From contig OZ024740.1 of assembly GCA_964016885.1 (NCBI GenBank), positions 75,826,001 to 75,890,000 of the forward strand: 64,000 bases of DNA, written 5' to 3'. This stretch comes from Eledone cirrhosa (lineage: Eukaryota). Positions 1 to 12,371 of this stretch are shown here, one piece after another. Numbering within the stretch: position 1 is the stretch's first letter; every line of letters starts with the position of its first letter. The position numbers were made by a program, and so were the translations under genes. The notes beneath the pieces are model-generated. The model ran no database searches and had not been told where the DNA came from. It saw only the letters and a list, made by a program, of their open reading frames with translations.

Positions 1-50
1 TATTTATATACATTTTCACATATATATACATACTTATGGACGTTTTTAGA
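1..50 (-). mobile_element. Inverted piece of the Naiad PLE 3' region fused to the 5'-truncated copy (continues off the window)
   Basis: Bases 1-50 are the exact reverse complement of 1513-1562; the junction shares the microhomology TTTAGA with the ORF (cf. 3645-3650). Confidence 0.9.
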
Positions 51-1358
51 AAAATTCAGGAAAAATTCAGCAATCTCCACGGCGGAATATACCGCGACGA
101 TGTTCTCCTCCTAGCTAAAAACCTTAATAACCAAAAACTAGAAAAACTACGCAAAGATATAAGAAAACTACTACTCGAAATAGGACTAACTATAACATAT
201 GAATACAACCTTAAAGTAGTTAACTTCCTGGATGTCACACTCAATTTAAACTCTGGTTTGATTAAACCGTTTCATAAATTGAATGAAAATCTCAAATACG
301 TAAATGTTGGGTCTAACCACCCCATCTCTATAATTAAATCTATCCCTAAAAATATTTCCCTTAGAATCTCGGGTCTATCTTCTAACATACAAGTATTTAA
401 GGAACACGCCGAGTACTACGATAACGCCCTTAGTAAAGCAGGCTACCTCAACAAAATAGAGTACATAGATGGGAACAATCAAAACACCCAAAATAAATCC
501 CACATAGGTAGATATAATAACACAACACCAAACCACACTTACTACCATAGTATGCACACCAGTAAACCAACAAACAAAACTAATAGAAAGCGATGCAAAG
601 AGTACTTATGGTATAACCCCGAATACAATAGCTCCATTAGTACAAATTTACCAGTACTCTTCTTTAAAATAATTAAAAGACATTTTCCCACATCACACAA
701 ATACCACAAAATCCTAAACCCTACCACTATAAGACTGTCATACTCTACAGCGTTAAACCTTGAACAACACATAAAAAAGATCAATACTAGAAGGTTAAAC
801 GAAAACACTAAGAACTTAAGTACAAAGAACCCCCCAAAAACAGTAGACAATACACTACAGAACATAAATAAACCACACCTAAGTTCGTCCGCAATACTAC
901 TCCAGAGAAAACCCAACGTACACAACTGTAACTGCACCTATCCTGACAACTGCCCCCTCGGCAATAACTGCCTGGAAAAAAATATTATTTATAAGTGTAC
1001 CATTAAATCCGGAGGCAACGAGTGGTATTACGTGGGATCAACGGCAACATCGTTTAAATCTCGATTGTATAGGCATTCTTACTCAATAAAACACCAGAGC
1101 CAAAGAAATGTAACAACTTTAGCAGAGAAAGCTTGGACGCTCAGGGATAGCAATCAAAAGTTTACCCTAAAATGGGAAAAATTAGCTAAAACCCAAAGCT
1201 TTTCCAGGAGCCAAAATTTCTGCAAATTGTGTAATCTTGAGATTTATTACATAATCACACACAAGAAGAAACTGCTGAATAACAGAATTGAACGAACATT
1301 ATTCTGCCGTCACAGAACTAAAACCCTTTTTTCCCACTACAAGCCGAATATTACATAA
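36..1358 (+). CDS. 5'-truncated Penelope-like (Naiad-type) ORF: RT C-terminal part plus intact GIY-YIG endonuclease
   Basis: GIYRDD, VNFLDVTLNL, YVNVGSNHP, CNCxxxxxCPLxxxCL, IIY..YVG, CKLC, LLNNRIE..CRH. The ATG is donated by the inverted segment. Confidence 0.9.
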   Translation: MDVFRKIQEKFSNLHGGIYRDDVLLLAKNLNNQKLEKLRKDIRKLLLEIGLTITYEYNLKVVNFLDVTLNLNSGLIKPFHKLNENLKYVNVGSNHPISIIKSIPKNISLRISGLSSNIQVFKEHAEYYDNALSKAGYLNKIEYIDGNNQNTQNKSHIGRYNNTTPNHTYYHSMHTSKPTNKTNRKRCKEYLWYNPEYNSSISTNLPVLFFKIIKRHFPTSHKYHKILNPTTIRLSYSTALNLEQHIKKINTRRLNENTKNLSTKNPPKTVDNTLQNINKPHLSSSAILLQRKPNVHNCNCTYPDNCPLGNNCLEKNIIYKCTIKSGGNEWYYVGSTATSFKSRLYRHSYSIKHQSQRNVTTLAEKAWTLRDSNQKFTLKWEKLAKTQSFSRSQNFCKLCNLEIYYIITHKKKLLNNRIERTLFCRHRTKTLFSHYKPNIT

Positions 1359-1629
1359 AAGAGGGACATCCCCCAACTATATAAACCTTAATCTAGTTAG
1401 AAAAATATAAAAACAATTTCTTCTCAACATATATTAATAACCTTAAATTACCATACTAATAATGAAAAGATATGCTGATGAGAATAGGTACAAATATGCG
1501 ATAATGAATGTGTCTAAAAACGTCCATAAGTATGTATATATATGTGAAAATGTATATAAATAAGTAAATATATATATATATGTTTGATGTGTATAGTTAA
1601 ATGTAAGTGTATTCATGTATTAAAGTGCT

Positions 1630-1664
<35 letters not shown>

Positions 1665-1681
1665 ATATGTGTGTATATATG

Positions 1682-1722
<41 letters not shown>

Positions 1723-2469
1723 GTGTATGTATATATGTATATATATATATGTATGTATGTATGTGTATATGGATGTGTATGTATGTGTATGTGTGTACAC
1801 ATGGACTAGAGTATGTATGTATATATGTGTGTGTCTATACGTGTGTATATATAAAGATAAGTTGAGTATGAAAATGTATACACATGAGCGCGTATGTATG
1901 TACATGAATACATGTGTGTATATATATGTGTATGCATGTGTATATATATGTAAGTATGAATATGTGAATTGTGAGTATATGTATTTTGTAAAGGTGTGCA
2001 AATATATTTGTGTGTGAATGCGTGGGTGAAAGAATACGTACACTTGAAAGAAAAATTTAAGTCTGAATGTTAAGTGCAAACACAAAACCAACCACGCATA
2101 TCTTTACTATCTCTAATCCTTCTATAGATTTAGAAAAATAACCAATAATATATTCTATAAAAAATGTCAAAACAACAGATGGGAATCTAATTACTCACTG
2201 CCACCAAGAATTCTCACTGCTATCGAAAAACCACTCCTTCAACTATTCTTCTAACAACTTCACCCCTTCCTCCTAATATTCTCTATAAAAACTAAATAGG
2301 TCCTCAGTAATATTATTCTGATGAAATGACAGTAAATAATAACATTGAAATATTGAATGTCTGCATAACTAAAAGTTTGTAGATAGCTGTTTTAGGTTAT
2401 GTAACTGTTATAGAAACACGTGTCAATAAATTCCTTTCAACTAAACTGTATCCATTCAAATCTTTCTAT
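51..2469 (+). mobile_element. Naiad-type PLE, upstream 5'-truncated copy (pseudo-LTR of a partial tandem)
   Basis: Near-identical to about 3655-6038; 3' UTR contains a (TA/TG) microsatellite and a hammerhead motif. Confidence 0.9.
2313..2429 (+). ncRNA. Type I hammerhead ribozyme with long branched stem II
   Basis: TTATT-CTGATGA-a-ATGACAGT...ACTGTTAT-a-GAAAC-ACGT-GTC^AATAA; stem I TTATT/AATAA; palindromic stem III ACACGTGT. Confidence 0.75.
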
Positions 2470-2633
2470 TTTTCTCCGGATTACTTTTGGAACTACAACT
2501 GGAACCGTCGAGCAAACTCTACGTGAGCTGATAATCTACTGTGTGTAATATTTATATTACAACACAACGGAAAATACTGTATATTTACCTCCTGTAAAGT
2601 CGAGCAACCCACACAGCAAACGCAACCACAACA

Positions 2634-4982
2634 ATGGAAAAACACTTCCTGGATATGTCACTCAAAAACATACCAACCCAAGGTAGAAAGGAATATTTAT
2701 TGAGCATGATTCAAAAAACTAATGAATTCATTCGACGTGTCAGGTGGAAAACGCTCCACTATGATAGAAGCCGTATGAACTCAACATTAGAAAGTGGTGT
2801 AAACAACAAATTCGGTTTTAGGACTTGTAAAAACCCACCCACCAACCCACTATTAGATGCATTTGAGCAGGACCTTATGAACTTAATCCTTAAAATTAAA
2901 TTCAAAGGACGCAACACCAACAGCAAATTACAGAAAGATATAAAAAAACTACTGGACGACCTTAAAAACACCAAAGGAATTGTAGTAAAAGCGGACAAAA
3001 CATCAAACCTGTACACTATGGATTGCACTACATACAACAACTTCATTCGAAAAGAATTACATAAAAAATATAGAAAAACGAGTGAAGTAACCCTTAAGCA
3101 CATCAATGATGAGGCATGCGAAATAGTGAAAAATCTCGGAATCGAAGATAGGACAGGACCACTCTTACCGGCGGTACCCACTTTCAATCTTAAGGACCAC
3201 AAGGTAAACTTTGATAATGACCCTAAAATTAGATTAATCTGCCCCTCTAAATCAGATATAGGTAAAATAAGCAAATATATCTTAGATAGAATCATCCCCC
3301 AAATTAAGGCTAAGGTTAACATTAAACTCTGGGGGAAGACCCAAGAAGCAATAAGATGGTTTAATAGCATTAGCAATAAGAATAAATCTAAGTTTATCCA
3401 GTTTGATATCGATGAATATTACTCATCGATATCACCTGAAACTTTGAATAGAGCCATTAAGTTTGCTAAGGATAACTCCGACCTTACAAACGATGAAATT
3501 AAGATTATATTAGAAGCTATGAAAACTATAGTCAAATTTGAGAACAGTTATTGGGTACGTAAAGATAGACCCTCTAACTTTGACATAACAATGGGCTCTA
3601 ACGATTCGGCGGAAATAACTGATATTGTGGGGTTATTTATCGCCTTTAGACTCCAGGAAAAATTCAGCAATCTCCACGGCGGAATATACCGCGACGATGT
3701 TCTCCTCCTAGCTAAAAACCTTAATAACCAAAAACTAGAAAAACTACGCAAAGATATAAGAAAACTACTACTCGAAATAGGACTAACTATAACATATGAA
3801 TACAACCTTAAAGTAGTTAACTTCCTGGATGTCACACTCAATTTAAACTCTGGTTTGATTAAACCGTTTCATAAATTGAATGAAAATCTCAAATACGTAA
3901 ATGTTGGGTCTAACCACCCCATCTCTATAATTAAATCTATCCCTAAAAATATTTCCCTTAGAATCTCGGGTCTATCTTCTAACATACAAGTATTTAAGGA
4001 ACACGCCGAGTACTACGATAACGCCCTTAGTAAAGCAGGCTACCTCAACAAAATAGAGTACATAGATGGGAACAATCAAAACACCCAAAATAAATCCCAC
4101 ATAGGTAGATATAATAACACAACACCAAACCACACTTACTACCATAGTATGCACACCAGTAAACCAACAAACAAAACTAATAGAAAGCGATGCAAAGAGT
4201 ACTTATGGTATAACCCCGAATACAATAGCTCCATTAGTACAAATTTACCAGTACTCTTCTTTAAAATAATTAAAAGACATTTTCCCACATCACACAAATA
4301 CCACAAAATCCTAAACCCTACCACTATAAGACTGTCATACTCTACAGCGTTAAACCTTGAACAACACATAAAAAAGATCAATACTAGAAGGTTAAACGAA
4401 AACACTAAGAACTTAAGTACAAAGAACCCCCCAAAAACAGTAGACAATACACTACAGAACATAAATAAACCACACCTAAGTTCGTCCGCAATACTACTCC
4501 AGAGAAAACCCAACGTACACAACTGTAACTGCACCTATCCTGACAACTGCCCCCTCGGCAATAACTGCCTGGAAAAAAATATTATTTATAAGTGTACCAT
4601 TAAATCCGGAGGCAACGAGTGGTATTACGTGGGATCAACGGCAACATCGTTTAAATCTCGATTGTATAGGCATTCTTACTCAATAAAACACCAGAGCCAA
4701 AGAAATGTAACAACTTTAGCAGAGAAAGCTTGGACGCTCAGGGATAGCAATCAAAAGTTTACCCTAAAATGGGAAAAATTAGCTAAAACCCAAAGCTTTT
4801 CCAGGAGCCAAAATTTCTGCAAATTGTGTAATCTTGAGATTTATTACATAATCACACACAAGAACGAACATTATTCTGCCGTCACAGAACTAAAACCCTT
4901 TTTTCCCACTACAAGCCGAATATTACATAAAAGAGGGACATCCCCCAACTATATAAACCTTAATCTAGTTAGAAAAATATAA
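2634..4982 (+). CDS. Naiad PLE polyprotein (RT + GIY-YIG), C-terminus frameshifted by a 25-bp deletion
   Basis: SLKNIP..IRRVRWK N-terminus, KADKT, FIQFDIDEYY, TMGS, YRDD, CNC/CPL, GIY-YIG; lacks the LLNNR..CRH motif present in copy 1. Confidence 0.92.
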   Translation: MEKHFLDMSLKNIPTQGRKEYLLSMIQKTNEFIRRVRWKTLHYDRSRMNSTLESGVNNKFGFRTCKNPPTNPLLDAFEQDLMNLILKIKFKGRNTNSKLQKDIKKLLDDLKNTKGIVVKADKTSNLYTMDCTTYNNFIRKELHKKYRKTSEVTLKHINDEACEIVKNLGIEDRTGPLLPAVPTFNLKDHKVNFDNDPKIRLICPSKSDIGKISKYILDRIIPQIKAKVNIKLWGKTQEAIRWFNSISNKNKSKFIQFDIDEYYSSISPETLNRAIKFAKDNSDLTNDEIKIILEAMKTIVKFENSYWVRKDRPSNFDITMGSNDSAEITDIVGLFIAFRLQEKFSNLHGGIYRDDVLLLAKNLNNQKLEKLRKDIRKLLLEIGLTITYEYNLKVVNFLDVTLNLNSGLIKPFHKLNENLKYVNVGSNHPISIIKSIPKNISLRISGLSSNIQVFKEHAEYYDNALSKAGYLNKIEYIDGNNQNTQNKSHIGRYNNTTPNHTYYHSMHTSKPTNKTNRKRCKEYLWYNPEYNSSISTNLPVLFFKIIKRHFPTSHKYHKILNPTTIRLSYSTALNLEQHIKKINTRRLNENTKNLSTKNPPKTVDNTLQNINKPHLSSSAILLQRKPNVHNCNCTYPDNCPLGNNCLEKNIIYKCTIKSGGNEWYYVGSTATSFKSRLYRHSYSIKHQSQRNVTTLAEKAWTLRDSNQKFTLKWEKLAKTQSFSRSQNFCKLCNLEIYYIITHKNEHYSAVTELKPFFPTTSRILHKRGTSPNYINLNLVRKI

Positions 4983-5201
4983 AAACAATTTCTTCTCAAC
5001 ATATATTAATAACCTTAAATTACCATACTAATAATGAAAAGATATGCTGATGAGAATAGGTACAAATATGCGATAATGAATGTGTCTAAAAACGTCCATA
5101 AGTATGTATATATATGTGAAAATGTATATAAATAAGTAAATATATATATATATGTTTGATGTGTATAGTTAAATGTAAGTGTATTCATGTATTAAAGTGC
5201 T

Positions 5202-5236
<35 letters not shown>

Positions 5237-5253
5237 ATATGTGTGTATATATG

Positions 5254-5294
<41 letters not shown>

Positions 5295-5881
5295 GTGTAT
5301 GTATATATGTATATATATATATGTATGTATGTATGTGTATATGGATGTGTATGTATGTGTATGTGTGTACACATGGACTAGAGTATGTATGTATATATGT
5401 GTGTGTCTATACGTGTGTATATATAAAGATAAGTTGAGTATGAAAATGTATACACATGAGCGCGTATGTATGTACATGAATACATGTGTGTATATATATG
5501 TGTATGCATGTGTATATATATGTAAGTATGAATATGTGAATTGTGAGTATATGTATTTTGTAGAGGTGTGCAAATATATTTGTGTGTGAATGCGTGGGTG
5601 AAAGAATACGTACACTTGAAAGAAAAATTTAAGTCTGAATGTTAAGTGCAAACACAAAACCAACCACGCATATCTTTACTATCTCTAATCCTATAGATTT
5701 AGAAAAATAACCAATAATATATTCTATAAAAAATGTCAAAACAACAGATGGGAATCTAATTACTCACTGCCACCAAGAATTCTCACTGCTATCGAAAAAC
5801 CACTCCTTCAACTATTCTTCTAACAACTTCACCCCTTCCTCCTAATATTCTCTATAAAAACTAAATAGGTCCTCAGTAATA

Positions 5882-5998
5882 TTATTCTGATGAAATGACA
5901 GTAAATAATAACATTGAAATATTGAATGTCTGCATAACTAAAAGTTTGTAGATAGCTGTTTTAGGTTATGTAACTGTTATAGAAACACGTGTCAATAA
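5882..5998 (+). ncRNA. Second identical hammerhead ribozyme (Naiad copy 2 3' UTR)
   Basis: Same sequence as 2313-2429. Confidence 0.75.
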
Positions 5999-6038
5999 AT
6001 TCCTTTCAACTAAACTGTATCCATTCAAATCTTTCTAT

Positions 6039-6079
6039 ATATATACATATATATATGCCTATATATGCATATATGTATA

Positions 6080-6110
<31 letters not shown>

Positions 6111-6127
6111 GCCTATATATGCATATA

Positions 6128-6160
<33 letters not shown>

Positions 6161-6169
6161 GCCTATATA

Positions 6170-6214
<45 letters not shown>

Positions 6215-6223
6215 GCCTATATA

Positions 6224-6261
<38 letters not shown>

Positions 6262-6335
6262 TATATGCATATATGTATGTATATATATATATATATATAT
6301 ACATATATATATGCCTATATATGCATATATGTATG

Positions 6336-6367
<32 letters not shown>

Positions 6368-6391
6368 TATATGCCTATATATGCATATATG

Positions 6392-6431
<40 letters not shown>

Positions 6432-6451
6432 TATATGCCTATGTATGTATG

Positions 6452-6500
<49 letters not shown>

Positions 6501-6505
6501 GTATG

Positions 6506-6560
<55 letters not shown>

Positions 6561-6565
6561 GTATG

Positions 6566-6608
<43 letters not shown>

Positions 6609-6613
6609 GTATG

Positions 6614-6656
<43 letters not shown>

Positions 6657-6661
6657 GTATG

Positions 6662-6714
<53 letters not shown>

Positions 6715-6785
6715 GTATGTATGTATATATATATATATATATATATTCACTTACACGCACACACACACATATATATATATATATT
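6039..6785. repeat. Compound (TA)n microsatellite with TACA/TGCA/TGTA interruptions
   Basis: Direct inspection. Confidence 0.97.
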
Positions 6786-6949
6786 ACCGTCATTACTGAT
6801 ACAAGATTACCAGATTATGTCAACTGTTGACTTTCAAGAGTTTGTATAGTTGAAGCCGATCGTATTACAGTCCAGTATTACTATAATTGCTTTACAGCAT
6901 AGAGTTATGGCTCTCCACGGAGTCAACAAAAGAGAGTACCAGTGATGCG

Positions 6950-8453
6950 CTGGAAGGTTCTCCAGAAACTTGGTTGCCCTGATAAGTTCCTTGCTTTAGT
7001 TAGGTCTTTCCATGACGACATGAAGGCTTGGGTTAATGTCGGAGGTAACATGTCGGAGCCTATCTCAGTAAAAAATGGAGTGAAACAGGGGGATATTCCA
7101 GCACCGACCCTGTTTGCCATATACTTTGCAATGGTTTTCTGTGTTGCATTCAGGAATTGCGAGCATGGTGTTTACATCCGATATCGAACCTCAGGCAGCA
7201 TATTTAACATCAGGCGCTTTGCTGCGAAGACAAAAGTATTTACATCAGTCATAAGAGACCTCTTGTATGCAGATGATTGCGATCTTGTAGCGCACAGAGT
7301 GTGATATGCAGCACATTTTGAATGTATTTTCTGACGCTTGCACTGCCCTGGGTTTGACTGTCAGTCTCAAGAAAACCGTCGTCATGTACCAACCTGCACC
7401 TGGTAGGCAGTACACTGAACCAAACATCTATGTGTATGGCAAACGACTTGGAGTGGTTGATCAGTTTGTCTACCTGGGAAGCACTGTCAATCGATACGGC
7501 AACCTTGACAGTGAAATCTCACTTAGGATTAGGAAAGCAAGTGATGCTTTCGGAAAGCTAGAAAGGCGACTCTGGGGTCGGCGAGACATATGCAGGAGGA
7601 CAAAGGTAAGGGTGTACAGGGCATGTGTACTCTCTTGTCTTCTTTATGCCTGCGAGACCTGGGTCACATATCGACGCCACCTTAAGCAATTGGAGCGTTT
7701 CCATCAGATGTGTCTCAGACGGATACATGGCGTTCGCTGGAGGGACCACATCAGTGATGTCGAGATTTTGGAAAGCTCTATGTGTGACAGTATAGAAGCT
7801 CTTGTGCTTAAGCAGCGACTCCGTTGGAGTGGTCACCTTGCCAGGATGAAGGATTCTAGAATACCAAAACAACTCTTCTATGGAGAGTTGGTTAAAGGAA
7901 AACGACCGCCACATAAACCAAAAAAGAGGTATAAGGATTCTTTGAAAGCCTCTCTGAAAGACGCTAACATCTCTGCTGATACATGGGAAAATATTGCTGC
8001 TGATCGTAATAAATGGAGAAAGACTGTATATGAGGGAAAAGTTGCCTTTGAGGCATCTCGAATCGCACACGAGAAAGTAAAGCGGGACGTGAGGAAGGGT
8101 ATTGCTGTTGCACTTCCAGACGGCGAGGGTCCTCCTATGTTTCTGACATGCAGCGTCTGTGCGAGACTCTGCCTAAGCAAAGCTGGACTCGAAAGTCATC
8201 TTCGCAGTCATAAAGTAAGACCAGTGGTTGACTACCAGGCTGCTGTTGGAGATGCTACTCATCATGCTTGCCAAACATGTGGTAGAGAATGTAAATCAGC
8301 AGGAGGACTCAAGCGACATGCAAAAGTACACGAACTCCAACCACAGCCGACTATTCCCAGTAAATGTTTTGGTTGCCGACTCTGTGCAAGACATTTTAGA
8401 TCATTGGCTGGGCTAAAAAGCCACATTCGATCGCAGCACTGTTAGTTGCTATC

Positions 8454-8491
<38 letters not shown>

Positions 8492-8570
8492 GCTTATGTG
8501 CGTGCGTGTGTGTGTATATATATATGAATATGTATATTATTATTGTTGTTGTCGTTATTATTATTATTGC

Positions 8571-8619
<49 letters not shown>

Positions 8620-8776
8620 GTTATTAATGTATGTGTGTATATATGTGTGAGTGTATGTGTATGTATGTGTGTGTGTATATATGTATGTATGTGTATGTAT
8701 GTGTGTGTGTATATATATGTGTATATATATATATGTGTATATATATGTGTGTATATATATATATGTATATCTTTTC

Positions 8777-8848
<72 letters not shown>

Positions 8849-8938
8849 TTTAATTTTTTTTTATTTTTATTTATTTATTTATTTATTTTTTTTTTATTGT
8901 GCAATGGCCATACTCGATAACGAGGGGGCAGCCATCAT
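6950..8938 (+). mobile_element. 5'-truncated RTE (BovB-like) LINE with three C-terminal C2H2 zinc fingers
   Basis: GVKQGD..APTLF, LLYADD, FVYLGS, LLYACETW, RLRWSGHLARM; frameshift near 7300; microsatellite-filled 3' UTR ending in the stem-loop CTCG-ATAA-CGAG ggggcagccatcat. Confidence 0.88.
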
Positions 8939-8979
8939 ATATATATATATATATACATATATATATGCATATATGTATG

Positions 8980-9049
<70 letters not shown>

Positions 9050-9059
9050 TATATGTATG

Positions 9060-9097
<38 letters not shown>

Positions 9098-9222
9098 TAT
9101 ATGTGTATGTATATATATATATATATATATATATGCCTATATATGTATGTATATATATATATATATATGCCTATATATGTATGTATATATATATATATAT
9201 ATGCCTATATATGTATGTATAT

Positions 9223-9303
<81 letters not shown>

Positions 9304-9746
9304 TATATGTATGTATGTATATATATATATATATATGTATGTATATATATATATATGTATGTATATATATATATATGTATGTATATATATATATATGTAT
9401 GTATGTATATATATATATATGTATGTATGTATATATGTATGTATGTATGTATATATATATGTATGTATGTATATATATATGTATGTATATATATATGTAT
9501 GTATATATATATATGTATGTATATATATATATATATATGTATGTATATATATATATATGTATGTATATATATATATATGTATGTATATATATATATATGT
9601 ATGTATGTATATATATATATATGTATGTATGTATATATGTATGTATGTATGTATATATATATGTATGTATGTATATATATATGTATGTATATATATATGT
9701 ATGTATATATATATATGTATGTATATATATATATATATGTATGTAT

Positions 9747-9780
<34 letters not shown>

Positions 9781-9865
9781 GTATATATATATATGTATGT
9801 ATGTATATATATATATATATGTATGTATATATATATGTATGTATGTATATATGTATGTATGTATG

Positions 9866-9900
<35 letters not shown>

Positions 9901-9977
9901 GTATGTATATATATATATATGTATACATATATATATATATGTATATATATATATATGTATGTATATATATATATATG

Positions 9978-10040
<63 letters not shown>

Positions 10041-10075
10041 GCCTATTTATGTATGTATATATATATGTATGTATG

Positions 10076-10110
<35 letters not shown>

Positions 10111-10166
10111 GTATGTATATATATATATATATATATACATATATGTATATATATATATATATATGC

Positions 10167-10202
<36 letters not shown>

Positions 10203-10493
10203 GCATATATATATATGTATATATATATATATGCATATATATATGTATATATATATATATGCATATATATATGTATATATATATATATGCATATATATAT
10301 ATATATGTATATATATATATGCATATATATATACATATATATATATGCATATATGTATATATATATATGCATATATATATATATGCATATATATATATAT
10401 ACATATATATATATATGCATATATGTATATATATATGCATATATATGCATATATGTATATATATATGCATATATATATATATATATATATATA

Positions 10494-10526
<33 letters not shown>
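8939..10526. repeat. (TA)n/(TATG)n/(TGCA) compound microsatellite
   Basis: Direct inspection. Confidence 0.97.
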
Positions 10527-10528
<2 letters not shown>

Positions 10529-10968
10529 TCATCACCGTTTTACGTCCGTTCTTCCACGCTAGCATTGGTTAGACAGGTTGTCCTGTTGTGGGCAGTGTCT
10601 GGTCGGCTGACCTTGTCTTACTCCAACGGGAACTGATTCTGGCTTGTTCCTGTGGGGGGTCGGGTCTTCTGTATTACTGCGTGACGCTAGAGGTCACGGT
10701 CATGTTTCATTGATCTTGAGAGGTGCAATTGGGTAAGGTCGGTCTTTATCACCTCATCCCAGGTCTTCTTGGGTCTCCCCACTCCACGGTTTCCATCGAC
10801 TTCTAGTGCTCTGCACCTTTTTATACAGCTGTTATCCTTCATACGCATCACATGTCCATACCAACGCAACTGCCTCTCCTGCACACATCTTTTGATTCCT
10901 ATTATGCTCAGTCTCTCTCTCAATTCATTTATGTTTTGCCATTCGTGTATATTACTATTACACATCCA
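10527..10968 (-). mobile_element. RTE (PHD family) 3' fragment
   Basis: [26 protein letters not shown] and (GAT)n tail; matches the 3' parts of 53210-53845. Confidence 0.88.
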
Positions 10969-11000
10969 TATATATATATATATATATATATATGCATATA

Positions 11001-11043
<43 letters not shown>

Positions 11044-12302
11044 GTGAAGGCACATGGCTTAGTGGTACTTTATTTTATTGATCCCCAAAAGTTGAAAAAC
11101 AAAGTTGACCTTGGCAGGATTTGAAATCAAAACATACAGAGCTGTGACACATACTACAAAGTATTTACTCCAATGCTCTAAGGATTATGCTAATTCACTC
11201 CCTTTATATTATAATTCAGTTTGTTCTGGAGCCAGATGTATGCTGTTACACTTAAGCTTGGCCTGGGACCATACAGTACAATGAATTAATTTAGTCTGAT
11301 AATTTATAACGTACACCATTAACCATTGGTTGGTCATGTGGGAATATAATGGAATATTATGTAAGAACTGCTTATTGCTATTAGCACCAGTCCTGATTGA
11401 GCAGACTTATGATCAAAAACATTCTAACCATAACCATTTGAATCTTTTGTTTTAGACATAATGTATCTCAGACCACATTATGTGTCATTTCTTTTTTCAG
11501 GCAGTAAGTAGGGTGTGATTTCGCTACTGTTTTAGTAAGTTGAGCAATTATACAGATGTTTTCAAATTGTGTATTTTTTAAAATTATGTCAAACTGTTTT
11601 TTATGATATCCATATCTTAATATAGGTATTGTGGATGCAGCATTGTCAAGTATTTAAGAAATTTTCTTTGCAATCATATAGTCCACTCATATGGTCCCAG
11701 ATTCAACTCTTTTAGATGGCATCTTGGGCAAATGCCATTTACCATAGCTTCATTTTGATTGAAGACTTCATCATCATCATCATCATCATCATTTAACGTC
11801 CATTTTCCTTCCTTGCAAGGGTTGAATGGGTTGTCACAGACCAAATCAATATTCAAGCAAATGGGTCAGGGGCCCTGCATCTTGCTTGCATATATTTCTG
11901 CATTTCACCAAGTGCCCAAGATGGTGGAGACAAACTATTTGGGAGCTTGTTGGATGGAATGTACCTGTAGCTTAAAGGGCCAGCCATGTCATACAGAATC
12001 TCCTTTAGAATTATGTTAAGGGTACACATGTTTGTGGAATGTTCAGTCACATGCATGGTAATTTTATGAGCAGGCTGTCCCATTGAAGGAATAACCAGAA
12101 TACCCATCATCGAAACCAATGCAGATCCATTCCATTCTAGGGTAAATATTATTTTTAATTTACTTATAATATCCATATTCATATGTAGATATGATACACA
12201 TATTTTGATATGGATAAGATAACCATATAGGTATGATGTCTACTTTTTCTACACTTTTACCCAAAACTCATAATCAGAAACTTTTTCTTCATTTGGTTTC
12301 AG

Positions 12303-12371
12303 CTATGTTCCTTGGAATCTACATGAACCTTCTCCCAATAGCTATGTATTTTATGGAATTCTAGACTTGAT
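12303..12371 (+). CDS. GH35 beta-galactosidase-like exon (YVPWNLHEPSPNSYVFYGILDL)
   Basis: ttcag|...|gtaagt; GH35 YVPWNLHEP motif; phase 2-2. Confidence 0.93.

Larger units (their letters stand above)
2470..6038 (+). mobile_element. Naiad-type PLE, full-length unit (~3.57 kb) ending in a (TA)n tract
   Basis: Complete ORF plus a 3' UTR identical in layout to copy 1; ends at the same TCTTTCTAT terminus. Confidence 0.92.

Noticed and set aside
1470-1515. Hammerhead at CTGATGAG (and its copy near 5047)
   Set aside because: No GAAA core and no convincing stems I or II.
5989-10636. Long Y/I/C/M/H-rich ORFs (also at 1584-2091 and 54189-59566)
   Set aside because: Translations of (TA)n-type microsatellites, which lack stop codons.
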